Below, piece by piece: positions 37,130 to 48,429 of a DNA stretch of 64,000 nt (the first letter of the stretch is position 1; the number at the start of each line of letters is the position of its first letter). The stretch spans positions 16,866,001 to 16,930,000 of the forward strand of contig CM075987.1 of the NCBI GenBank assembly GCA_038087875.1. Reading direction: 5' to 3'. The translations under genes and the position numbers were made by a program. The notes beneath the pieces are model-generated. The model made no database searches. It saw nothing but the letters and a program-made list of their open reading frames with translations, and was not told the DNA's origin. The DNA comes from Malacoraja senta (lineage: Eukaryota).

Positions 37130-38730
37130 AAAAGCAGGACCTCCAGGGTAGTGATCTCTGGATTGCTTCTAGTTCCATGTGCTAGTGTGATTATGAACAG
37201 GGAGATAGGGGAGATGAATGTGTGGCTGAGGAGTTGATGCAGGGTGCAGCGATTCGGAATTCTGGACCATTGGGATCTCTTCTGGGCAAGTTTAGTTTAG
37301 TTTATTATTGTCACGTGTACCGAGGTACAGTGAAAAGCTTTTGTTGCGTGCTATCCAGTCAGCAGAAAGACAATACATGATTACAATCGAGCCATTTACG
37401 TGGATAGGTATGTGCGACCAGGACGTTGTAGCCGTGACAGAAACCCGGTTAGGAAAGAGATAAGACTGGCAGCTTAATGTTCCAGGGTACAGATGCGCAA
37501 GAAGAGATAGGGGGGGGGGTAAAGATAATGGGATGTTGCTTTATTGATTAAGGAGGATGTCACAGAGATGACATTACTAATGGTTCGTCAAGTGAGGCTA
37601 TATGGGTGGAGCTGAGAAATAAGATAGTGATGATCACCTTGTTGGGAGTGTACTACCGGCCCCTCTGTTCCACAGGAACTAGAAGAGCAAATCAAGTTGT
37701 CACAGTAGGGGATTTTAACTTTCCCAATACTGACTGGGAATGTCATAGTGCAAAAGGTTTAGATGTGGCAGAATTTGTCAAATGTGTTCAGCAAAGTTTC
37801 CTCTAGCAATAGGTTGCGGATCCTACACGGGAAAGGGCGACGCTTGATCTAGTCTTTGGAAATTTGGAGGGTCAAGTGGATGAAGTGTTCGCGGTTGCGC
37901 CTTTCGGGACCAGCGACCACTGTTCTATTACGCTTAAGAGTTATGGATAGAGACTCAAGGGATATGGGGAAAATCATGGAATATGGGGGAAAAAGCCAGA
38001 ACGGGGTACTGATTTTGGATGATCAGCCATGATCATATTGAATGCCGGTGCTGGCTCGAAGGGCCGAATGGCCTACTCCTGCACCTATTTTCTATGTTTC
38101 TAAAGCGGGCACATTCTAAATTGTGGCAAGGCCAACAAAGTTTAGACAGGAACTCGCTGAAGTTGATTGATTATAGATGTTAGGAGATCAGTTTACAATT
38201 ATATAAAACATTGGTGAGGCCACATTTAGAGTATTGTGTTCAGTTTTGGTCACCATGTTATTTGAAAGATGTCTAGCTGGAATGAGTGCGGAGAAGATTT
38301 ACAAGGATGTTGCCAGGACTCGACGGACTGATCTTTCGGGAGAGGTTGAGCAGGCTAGGACTTTATTTCTTGGAACACAAAAGGATGAAGGGTGAGTACA
38401 AAATTATGAGAGAAACAGACCAGGTAAGGGAATTTGCCCAGAGTAAGGGAATCGAGAATCAGAGGACATAGGTTAAAGTTGAGTGGGGAAAGATTTAATA
38501 GGAACCTGAGAGATGTCTTTTTATACAAAGGGTTGTGGGTATATGGAACAAGCTGTCACCGGAGGTAGTTGAGGTAGGTACTTACATTTAAGAGACAATT
38601 GGACAGATACATGGATAGGACAGGTTTAGAGGGTTATGGGCCAAGCGCGGACAGGTGGGACATGAGTAGATGGAGCATGTGGGACAGCATGGGCAAGTTG
38701 GGTCAAAGGGCCTATTTCCACACTGTATGA
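37130..38730 (+). mobile_element. Degraded CR1 fragments (ORF1 esterase, endonuclease, 3' end) with small nested inserts
   Basis: SRVVISGLL..EMNVWLRS (ORF1), LGVYYRP, GDFNFP and RRFTRMLPG. Confidence 0.8.
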
Positions 38731-39273
38731 CTATGACTCTCTGTGACTCTCAGTGTTTAATAACATGATGGCTGTTGGGAAGTAGCGGCTTCGAAACCTG
38801 GACATTATAGTTTCCAGTCCCCTTTTTGATACCTTTTTTCCTGATGACAGGAGTGAATTGAGAGCGTGGCCAGGGTGGTGTGAGTCTCTGATGATGCTAG
38901 CTGCCTTTTTGAGGTAGTAATTCCTGTAGATCCCTTTAATGGTGGTGATGTCAGCACCCGTGATGGACCGGGCAGTGTTCACCACCTTTTGCAAACCTCT
39001 TCATTCCCGGGCGTTTAGTGGACGAACCAGGCCGTGCTGTAATAGTAAGATTAAACGAGAACTTACCTAAGTTTGAAGTTTGATCTTTATTTTATGAGGA
39101 GTTACATAGGTGATTACGTGAAGAACCCCGCCAGTGCGCCTGCGCGTCAATCTTCAAAGCAGCGGTGTGAAATCACAAAAAACAACAACCGAAGTAATAT
39201 AGTCTCATAATAAAACGAGTAATACAAGAACTTCCATCTGACCTTTATGATAGAGGGTAGGGTCGTGGCGGGC

Positions 39274-39386
39274 ACGTAATCACCTACGTAACTCCTCATA
39301 AAATAAAGATCAAACTTCAAACTTAGGTAAGTTCTCGTTTAATCTTACTATTTTACTTCGGAGTCACGTGAGTGACTACGTGAAGA
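39274..39386. repeat. DIRS internal complementary region (ICR), copy 1
   Basis: 39274-39352 is the reverse complement of terminus 39041-39120. It is fused at ...cttacta-tttt-acttcggagtcacg... to the reverse complement of terminus 43790-43825. Confidence 0.93.
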
Positions 39387-39556
39387 TTTTAAAGCTTTGT
39401 GATTTCATGCCGTGGATCAATCCCGGCTTCTCACTGCATTGATTGACTCGGAACGAGAAATAATCAATCATGCATTCATAATAACATTTGTACCACAAAT
39501 GCAGTAATTCATTTCAATAATGAAATTAATCAGATCCCCTTTAAACCAGAGGAATT

Positions 39557-40500
39557 TACACAGAACTTAAAATAGTTTCTGCAAACAATCCCGCATTAAC
39601 AATAGGCCGATGGTAAAAATGTTGAAACATCAACTCATTGGACCAGACGTCTTTTGCCCTGGCCGCCGCCGATTCTGCTGCCCTAGTCGAGTGAGACGTA
39701 AAAACATAAGTGTTAATACCAGCAGCTGTTAAGACTTCTTTTATCCATCTGGAAATAGTCTGTATTGAAACTGTATTGTGGTTTCTTGTGTGTGATCAAC
39801 AACCCAGTTTCCGTATTTCTCAAATTCTTTGTGACCTCAATGTATTGTAACAAATATGTCTTAACACAGAGACAAGGATCATTTGGATATGCTGCTAGCA
39901 TAATTTTAAATCCTGTCACACCTGGCCTAATTTGCTTTAGTAGGTCATAGATATAGAATGTAACCTTGTCTTCAGTTACTTCCATACTGTCTATTTGTAA
40001 TTTTCCAAGTGTTTGCACTTGTTGTGCTGTCACTCATGCCATAAGCATGAATACTTTCATACTGAGCTTGGCCAAAGGTAAAGACACACTTGGTGACCAT
40101 TCACGAAGTAGTTTCAGAACCACACTTACATCCCAGATTGTCATGTACCTAGGTTTCGGTGGTTTGGAATTAAAGATTCCTTTCATTAGTCTGGAAACAA
40201 TTGGGTGTGACCCAATTGGGTTTCTTTCTGAATCTAGAACCAAATATGAGGACAATGCACTTTTGGCTGAATTAATTGCACTACAACTCAGACCTTCATC
40301 ATAATAAAGTTTTGACAGAAATTCTAAACATTTGAAATATCTGCAGTACTATATTGCACATTCTTTTGTACACAGAACTCTTCCCATTTCTTAATATAAG
40401 AAAGGTACTGTTTTTGAGTGCTCTTCCTCCAGGCTGCCGTAAGCATGTCCACAGTACGCTCAGACAGTCCCCGCCCCAGAAAAGGCCTTCTTAAAACCTG
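39557..40500 (-). pseudogene. DIRS tyrosine recombinase (disrupted)
   Basis: GSHPIVSRLMKGIFN.KPP.PRY..IWDV, CLCV..LLQYIE.T, SHSTRAA and FQHFYHRPI, with frameshifts and stops. Confidence 0.9.
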
Positions 40501-40898
40501 CAAATCAACAAATCCAAACGATCATATAATGGATGTTGTTCCCCTGTTACAGGGTGCAGCAATAAATTACCCCTTTTTGGGACTTTCATCAACATTTGTG
40601 TTAATTCTAATATCAACAGATACCATGGCTGTGTAGGCCAATCTGGTACTACCAATACCCCTGAAGCAGCATCTTGCCTGATTTTAAGCAAACATTGGCT
40701 TATGAGGCAGAAAAGTGGAAATATATATGAAAACATACCACCCCAATGTAGCGAGAAAACATCAATCGCCACTGCTCCTGGATCTGATTCCCATGAGACA
40801 TATCTCGATAGCTGATGATTCAGTCTAGATGCAAACAAGTCAATGTCGGGCATTCCAAATCTGATTATTATATCATTGAATACCTCTCGATTCAACAT
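40491..40898 (-). pseudogene. DIRS DNA N6-adenine-methyltransferase-like domain
   Basis: PDIDLFASRLNHQL..YVSW..DPGA.AIDVF..W...YIFPLF..VVPDWPTQPWY. Confidence 0.85.
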
Positions 40899-43800
40899 CC
40901 ATTCTTATTATCATGGAACTTTCGTGACCTGGTGTCTGCTATCGTGTTCATTCTACCTGGTAGATAGATAGCTGAAATCCAAATGTTCTTTTCAATACAC
41001 CCAGTCCAAAGTTGATTAGCCATTTTGTCACATGACCCCGACTTGATTCCACATATATCATTAATATAGGCAACTGCTGTTGTTTATCAATTTGAACTTG
41101 AACATGCCTTTTAGTTGTGTTAGAACAATAAGCTTGGAGTCCATAGAAACATCCTAAAAATCCAAATAGTTAACTCCCCATGTCTGCAGTAACAATGACT
41201 CTTCCTGATTCCATCTGCCTCCGCAGCTAGATGCTAAGTCAGTTGCACCCGATCCTAGTGCACTGGCATCAGTGTGTAATATCATGGAAGGTTGTTCAAT
41301 CAGCACTTTGCTGGAACTGCTTGAGACATGTAGAATCCACCACTGCAGATCAGAAACAGCATTTGTTGTCAGTTGCATGGTTCTATCAAAATGACCAACA
41401 TGCATTCTCAGTGCCTGTTCTTTAACTCTCTGCAGCTGTTGATAATGTAATGGTCCATATTGGACTGCTGGGAATGCTGCTACTAATTTTCCCCAGTACT
41501 CGAGCCACCTGTCTGATTGAGGGTTTTTGCTCGTTTTACAGATTACTGCAATCTTTAATCAACTCCACCCTTTTTTCACTGGGCAAAGTAATTTTCATTT
41601 GGACTGAATCAATTGTGAACCCCAAATAATCAATCGAGGTACATGGTGTTAACCTTGATTTCTTTGGATGAATTAGAAACCCCAAACTTTCAAAAGTTGA
41701 TTTCACAACTGCAACAGATGCTTCTGTTGACTGTTTTGTCCTTCCTATAATCAGGACATCGTCCAAGTATGCCATTAGTACATGCCCCTGGCTTCTCAGC
41801 AACCCCAGAATTGGTTTTAACAATTTTGTGAATATTCTGGGAGCGGACGTTAACCCATTAGGCAAAGCTTTGAACTGCCATAACTAGTTCATCCATGTAA
41901 ATCTATAGTTGCCATATGACATGCTTCTGAAATAAGTTGTTTGGCAGTCACAAATGTCTCCCTTTTAAAATGTTTAAATTAAACAAAAGGATTCAGACTT
42001 GTCAAGTCTAGAATAATCCTACATCCTCCATCCTTTTTTGATCGAGGGAATATATTTGACCCAAATTGGTGAATTTGGTAGACTGATTCTTCAATAACAC
42101 CTTTTATATATAGGGTTTTGATCGCAGCTTGAACCTCCATTACTTCGCAAAGTGGAAAGTTCTGCTAGGAGCATGCTGGACAGGCAAATCATAATTTGGA
42201 TTGAATTCAATTCAAAATCCTTGTATTTTATTCAGAATTGCCACATCTGAAGTAATCTTCTTCCAATGTTTATAGAAGAGACGTAATCTACCTCCAACTT
42301 TTGGACTTAATCCAGTTAGTATGTTCCCATGAGAACCAGGTCCACCTACCTCTTGAGTCATTTGAGTATTCTGAGATCCCTGGATTCTCCCGGAAGCACC
42401 ACCACTGGTTCTTACTCCCACTGCAGGCCGCCAGCTACGTCCCTGCGTTGATGAGCGACTTGGTCCTGGTCCAGGATCCGTATGACGTCTGAAAGGATAC
42501 TTCCTCTTTACAGACTTTGCAACCATTGATGTTTTTATCAATCCTGTTTTCGCTTCATCTTCCAACTCTTTAATACATCTCCCGAGATCCTCTCCAAAAA
42601 GTAAGTTGGGTAATTGTATATTACTTGGTTTGCAGAGTGCTGCGAATTTCGGATTCATAGTAGGCCGTATAGCACCTTCCTCAGATAATTGATCTCGAAG
42701 TGGGTGCTGCATAGCAACCCCAATGCTTCCTGATGCAACTTCGTCATTTCTTGGCTGTTATCTGCTATTCTGGTAAAAGCAGTTATTACAGAACCCAGCA
42801 GCTTTAATATTCTCTGCAACTGATTCCAGATAATTTGGTTCACTGCTGCTGCTTTCAGCAACCCACAGTTACTTGGGGTCTCCTGCTTTCTTGCAATCTC
42901 ATCCATCTCTTGCTGTTCAGCTGATGGTAAACCAAGTAATTTATTAAGGAGGCCAGTTCTTCTCCTAATGGCTCTCCTGACACTGACGGGGCAACGAATC
43001 CTACTGCCAGGGGTGGAACATCTGGCAGCTGCCGTTCATCGCCTTGTACAGCCTCACCGTCAGAGTCGGGGTCTGAAATCTCATGACCCGTAGCACGCTC
43101 CTCATCCCTGAGGGTGCATTCCATCAGCCCTGTGCCAGGTGCTGTTGAGCTGCTTCCAGCAGCTTGGATTTCAGTACACTCCTTCCTGAGTGAACTTTGC
43201 TCCAACAGCCTATGTAAAAGGCTTTCTATTTGGGCAATACGCTCGAAAGCAGTATCTAGCCCTGTACCAGGAGCTGTTGAGCAGCTTCCAGCAGCTTGGA
43301 TTTCAGTACACCTCCCTGAGTGAAATTTGCTCCAACAGCCTATGTAAAAGGCTTTCTATTTGGGCAATACGCTCGAAAGCAGTATCTAGCCCTGGAGCTA
43401 CTTCCATTGCCTGGGACTCCCTCCGTGGGCCGTTGGGATTTAAACTTCGTCTTTTGCCCGATAGGCGCTGACTGTGTTTTCACCAGCCCCAGGTCCACAG
43501 TCGCTATGCTCACCGCTGGCGACTGTACCGGGGATAAAAGGCGGTTGGTCACTAACTCCCGACTTTCCCGACTTTCTGTCGCTGTGTCGCTCGCCTCTTC
43601 TCCCTGTCCGTTTTTTCCCATGGCGTCTGTGGAAAAAATCCCCATAGACCCACAGTAAACGGACCTGGAAAACATGACAAAAGTTTCTATTTACCTTGTA
43701 GTTGAAAAACTACAAACCACTGGAGGAGCTCTGCTCCTCACGTCCGTTTGCGTCAAGGCGTCTGACGTAATGACGCGCACTGGCGGGGTTCTTCACGTAG

Positions 43801-44418
43801 TCACCTACGTGACTCCGAAGTAAAACAAGTCCATATGCTCTCTATCATATGCCCGTAGAAGTATTTGTCGACATACCAAATCTCCTCAATCGTCTAAGGA
43901 AGTAGAAGCGTTAACAGGATGAGAGCATTTATGATCCCACCTCTGCCCCTCCTCGAGCAGCATTGGCCAACCAGTTCAAATTACTATTACTTCTATCAAG
44001 ATGTCACAGTCCAAAGCCCAGAGCTGCATAAGATTAATCTGCAGGAGTATTATATTAGCTTCACCAGTCATGCTGTTTTCAATGGGGTAAGATTGAGAGG
44101 AAGTACAACAACTGACAAAGTCACAAAGTTTGGACCATTAAGAGACTGCCACCGTGGGGATCTTGAACAAAACACAAAGTGCTGGAAGATGTTGGGTCAG
44201 GCGGCATCTGCAGAGGGAATGGACAGACGACGATTCAGGTTAGGACCCTTCTTCACACGAAAGGGTCTGTCCACTTCCCAGCATCCACAGATGCTGCCAA
44301 TTCAAAAACCACAAAGAAGAGAAAAACAATTCAATGCACAAAAGTTGTTGGGTGAGCTTTGATTTATATATTTGATTTGGAATATGTTAGCTTTTATTTT
44401 GGTATTGAAACAAAGTAG

Positions 44419-44439
44419 CTGCCACAGAACTTAAAGAAG
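44419..44439 (+). CDS. Candidate phase 1-1 microexon (21 nt, or 24 nt from 44416)
   Basis: NAGNAG acceptor aAGtAG after a T-rich tract, and a strong AAG|GTaagc donor. Reads (A)ATELKE in the required frame. Confidence 0.35.
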
Positions 44440-44454
44440 GTAAGCTGTGAAATT

Positions 44455-44989
44455 TTAATTTTTAACTAATTTTTTAGTATTCAGTATCACCACTAGAACC
44501 AGTCAGTACCTGTAGTTCTTTCCCCATGATCGCTGACGGTGGTGACCATCTTATTGTACCGCCGCAGTCCTTCAGATTCCTCCTGGGAACCATGACATTG
44601 TTTCAAGCTTTAACACTGTAATAATGAAGGAATGGTACCATGTTCAAGTGGGAAAATGCACACTTTGGTTCTATGCACCTAGAGACTTTTGTTCTTGTTG
44701 GCAGTAGCCATGGGTCGAGAAGCATAAGTAACTGCAGCCTGCGCTTGCTGTTAATGCCAGTGGATGGAATGAATTTTTCGATTGTGGAATATGTTCTAAT
44801 CAAACAAGCTATTTTGTCTTGAATGGTGCTTAGCTTCTTGAACGTTGTTGCAACTGCATTGGTCCAATCAGACATTCTGTCACATTCCTGAAATCTTGTG
44901 TGTATGGTAGAATGGCTTGGGCCTGCCTCTGGGCAACAGCATTTATATACTGGACCAGTTCTGCTCAATGGTGCAGATGGTGACACTAT
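44455..44989 (-). mobile_element. Old CR1-group LINE 3' remnant (target of the Gypsy insertion)
   Basis: Reads ATTFKKLSTIQDKIACLI on the minus strand, with an A-rich tail at about 44455-44476. Confidence 0.6.
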
Positions 44990-45273
44990 TGTAAAGAGGA
45001 GTCATAACACACTGTGTCTTTACTACTGTTTATTCATGATACACATACTTTACTGCCCTAGCTGTTCGTGGTCTGTCACCGGAACCAGAGAGAGAGCACT
45101 GGGTGGGAAGGTTGTAATTATACTAGTGATGTGGGGAGTGGTTAGTAGTGGTGAGGTCACTATGTTAAAGGTACATGCACATGTCATCTACATCCTTCCC
45201 CTTGGAAATAAAAAGCAATACCGTAGTGACAGGGCGACCACGTCTCATACGCTACGAGCAGGTGAGCAAACAG

Positions 45274-47545
45274 TTAAGCAAAATCACCATAACGGACAGG
45301 CGGCGTGACCACCCACCCGGGCCGGGTACGCAGCTCGCCATCTCCCCCCTCTGCAGGTGGAACATGAGTAGGAGCAGGCGCGGGTGAGAGAACCGGGGAA
45401 TCGGGAGGAGAAAGAGAAAACGGAGACGAAGCAGGAGCAGTAGCGGGAAGACGGGCAAGCGAGGGAGGACTGGCTGGAGGGGCAGGCAACGTGGCAGACA
45501 GTGGGGGGGAAAAGGGGTCTGCAGGCGGCGGTGGGGGCTCGTTAACAAGCCGCAGATGTTGGCAGGACCGGCGGTAAATAGTACCGTCATGGTCGACTAG
45601 ATAGGACCGCGGCGAACCAGCAGTACCGACGACGATGGCAAGCCTGGGGTGACCGGAGGGGGTCTGCATCCGGACGACTTGGCCAGGGAACAGAGGCGGG
45701 AGGGGACGGCAGGACTTGTCGTGGGAGCGCTTTTGGATTTCTTGTTTGAGGGCACTGCGCTCTTGGACAGCAACGGGCTGGAGAACAGAGGGAACGAGGG
45801 ACCGCTGGGTTACCGGGATCGGAGGTCTCGTAGTGCGAGACATCAGCCGTTGTGCTGGGGAGCCCAAGGCAGTGTCGCGGGAAATGTTTTGAAGGTTGAG
45901 GAGGGCCAGGTAAAAGTCAGAATGGGACAGTCTGCAATGTTCCAGCAAGTCCTTAGCACTGCGGACAGCGCGCTTTGCCAAGCCGTTGCTTTGAGGGTAC
46001 TCTGGCCTGCTGGTATAGTGTCGGAAGTTCCAGCTGGCAGCGAAACTCCGAAATTCAGCACTCGAGAACTGGCTGCCGTTGTCCGATTGAAGACTTGCCG
46101 GGGTGCCAAAGGTTCCGAAGTGGCGGCGCAGCCTCCCGATAACGGCCGAAGAGGTGAGGGAGTGCAGCTGGTCAACCTCGAACCAGCTGGAGTACGAGTC
46201 CACAAGTACCAGGAAATGCTTGCCACGCCACTCAAAAATGTCAGCGGCGACGGTCATCCAGGGCAGCTCGGGGGCAGGCTGTTGCAGAAGCAGCTGCCGT
46301 TGCTGATGGGGAGCAAGGCTATTGCAGACAGAGCAAGCGGAGACCCTCTCCCGGATGTCTTGGGCCATGCTGGGCCAGTAGAACAAACTCTGGGCCTGAG
46401 GCAGGGTGGCCTCGGCCCCAGGATGATCGCGGTGGGCGGTCTGAAAGTATTGGTCCCGCAGGGCAGCAGGCACAATGACCTTGTGTCCCTTCACGACCAC
46501 GCCGTCGTGCATCACGAGCTCGTCACGGACCAGGAAGTAGGGCACGACTCCAGGCGGCAAGGATGAACGACGGTCTGGCCAGCCCTGCCTGATGACGTCG
46601 GCAAGCTGCTGCAGGACAGGATCCTTGGCAGTGTTGCTGACCAGGGACTGCATCTGCTGGGAAGGCACAATGTTGACGTTAAGCACCATCGGGTCAGACG
46701 ATTCATATGGATGGCGATCGGTGGACGTTAGCGGTGCGCGGGACAGCGTGTCGGCCACGAACATGTCCTTGCCCTTGCGATATACAATTTTGAACGTAAA
46801 ACGCTGGAGCTGCAGCATCATGCGCTGCAAACGGGACGAGGCAACGTGGATCGGCTTGTTGAGGATAGAGACCAGCGGCTGATGGTCGGTCTCGATCGTG
46901 AAGCTGTTGCCCAGAATATAGTCCTTGAACTTGGAGCAGGCAAACACCACAGCAAGCAGCTCCTTCTCTATCTGAGCATAGCGCCGCTCGGCAGGGGTCA
47001 TGGTGCGGGACGCGTAGGAAACAGGCAGCTGTAGGCCATCGTGGAGCTGCAGGCAAGCAGCACCAAGACCGAACTTGGAGGCGTCGCAGGTAAGAACAAT
47101 GGGACGCTGCAGATCGAAGAATTGGAGAGTGGGGGTACTGGCCAGCCTGGACTTCAGAACGTCAAAAGCTTTCTGGTGATGCGGGAACCAGGCCCAGGCA
47201 GTGTCCTTCTTGATCAACTCCCTCAGGGGCGCGCTCAGCTCGCTGAGGTCGGGGATGAACTTCCCCAAGTAATTAACCATGCCCAGGAAACGCTGCAGGC
47301 TGGGCACGTCGGTGGGCGAAGACATCCCGGAGACCGCAGCCGTCTTCTGCGGGTCAGGCTTCAACCCCGATGCGGTAAAGACGTGGCCCACATAGGTGAC
47401 CTCCGGGACGTAGAAACGGCACTTCTTTGCGTTTAGTTTGAGGTTGATTTCACGGGCCCGGTCCAGGACTTGACGGAGGTGGAGATCGTGCTCAGCAACG
47501 TCCTTACCGTAGACCAGGATGTCGTCGACGATGATGGCACATGGC
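45274..47545 (-). CDS. Gypsy pol remnant: RT C-half, RNase H, integrase
   Basis: CAIIVDDILVYG upstream of the 705-aa ORF. CDAS and YAQIEKELLA (RNase H), H..DH..C..C zinc finger, and integrase core AADIF/SDNG/PQSNGLAKRAV (E replaced by K). Confidence 0.92.
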
Positions 47546-47816
47546 AGTTAGTGGGGATGTCGCACATTGCGGTAAAATTAGCCATAAGACATACCGGGTC
47601 CCGAGCATCTTCACCTGCACCATAGACAAACGACTCAGCCCGTTCCAGGGCATCGGGACCAGCCAGGTTGAGAAGCAGAGAAGCCCGTGTAGCAGGGGTG
47701 GCAGCAGGATGGGCGATAGTGACGTAGTGTTGGAAGTCACGTCTAAAGACACCCCACCGATGGGCAATGTCCGAGTCGAAAACCAGCATATCGGGTTTAC
47801 GGCAAGAAGTAGCCAT
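47546..47816 (-). pseudogene. Gypsy gag N-terminus, truncated by a deletion into RT
   Basis: MATSCRKPDMLVFDSDIAHRWGVFRRDF...LLLNLAGPDALE joined directly to RT sequence near 47545. Confidence 0.8.
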
Positions 47817-48429
47817 GGCACGGGAGATAAAAAAACACAATGGGGAAACGGGTCAAAGGAAAGAAAACCCGGTAAACTGGAGGCGCAAAGGTACGATGCT
47901 GACACCATGTAAAGAGGATTCATAACACACTGTAGCCATGGGTCGAGAAGCATAAGTAACTGCAGCCTGCGCTTGCTGTTAATGCCAGTGGATGGAATGA
48001 ATTTTTCGATTGTGGAATATGTTCTAATCAAACAAGCTATTTTGTCTTGAATGGTGCTTAGCTTCTTGAACGTTGTTGCAACTGCATTGGTCCAATCAGA
48101 CATTCTGTCACATTCCTGAAATCTTGTGTGTATGGTAGAATGGCTTGGGCCTGCCTCTGGGCAACAGCATTTATATACTGGACCAGTTCTGCTCAATGGT
48201 GCAGATGGTGACACTATTGTAAAGAGGAGTCATAACACACTGTGTCTTTACTACTGTTTATTCATGATACACATACTTTACTACCCTAGCTGTTCGTGGT
48301 CTGTCACCGGAACCAGAGAGAGAGCACTGGGTGGGAAGGTTGTAATTATACTAGTGATGTGGGGAGTGGTTAGTAGTGGTGAGGTCACTATGTTAAAGGT
48401 ACATGCACATGTCATCTACAACTATCCCT

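Larger units (their letters stand above)
39041..43825 (-). mobile_element. Complete DIRS1-type tyrosine-recombinase retrotransposon (gag, RT/RNase H, methyltransferase-like domain, YR), disabled
   Basis: Non-identical inverted termini plus an internal complementary region. RT YLDD (41536-41865), RNase H HTDAS (41154-41405), MT (40491-40898), YR HSTRAA (about 39675-39695), gag (about 42300-43621). No TSD; it splits a Rex1 fragment (38750-39040 and 43826-43910). Confidence 0.95.
44990..48420 (-). mobile_element. Gypsy/Ty3 (Mag-like) LTR retrotransposon, internally deleted, with 5-bp TSD
   Basis: 203-bp TG..CA LTRs at 44990-45192 and 48218-48420. TSD actat at 44985-44989 and 48421-48425. Polypurine tract at 45193-45203. 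PBS TGGTGTCAG (tRNA-Leu-like) ends at 47907. Confidence 0.96.

Noticed and set aside
43919..44362. 147-aa ORF with a GGG|GTaaga donor near 44087
   Set aside because: No recognisable protein, a weak acceptor, and its 3' half runs through a Penelope-like fragment.
44470..44625. Apparent acceptor ttttttAG and possible terminal ADAM exon
   Set aside because: The T-run is the A-rich tail of a minus-strand old LINE, and the downstream sequence is that LINE's 3' end.
44704..45192. 489-bp direct repeat read as the Gypsy LTR
   Set aside because: TG..CA ends, PPT, PBS and the actat TSD define a 203-bp LTR. The other 286 bp are duplicated flank.
45649..46566. 305-aa plus-strand ORF
   Set aside because: Antisense shadow of the GC-rich Gypsy pol.
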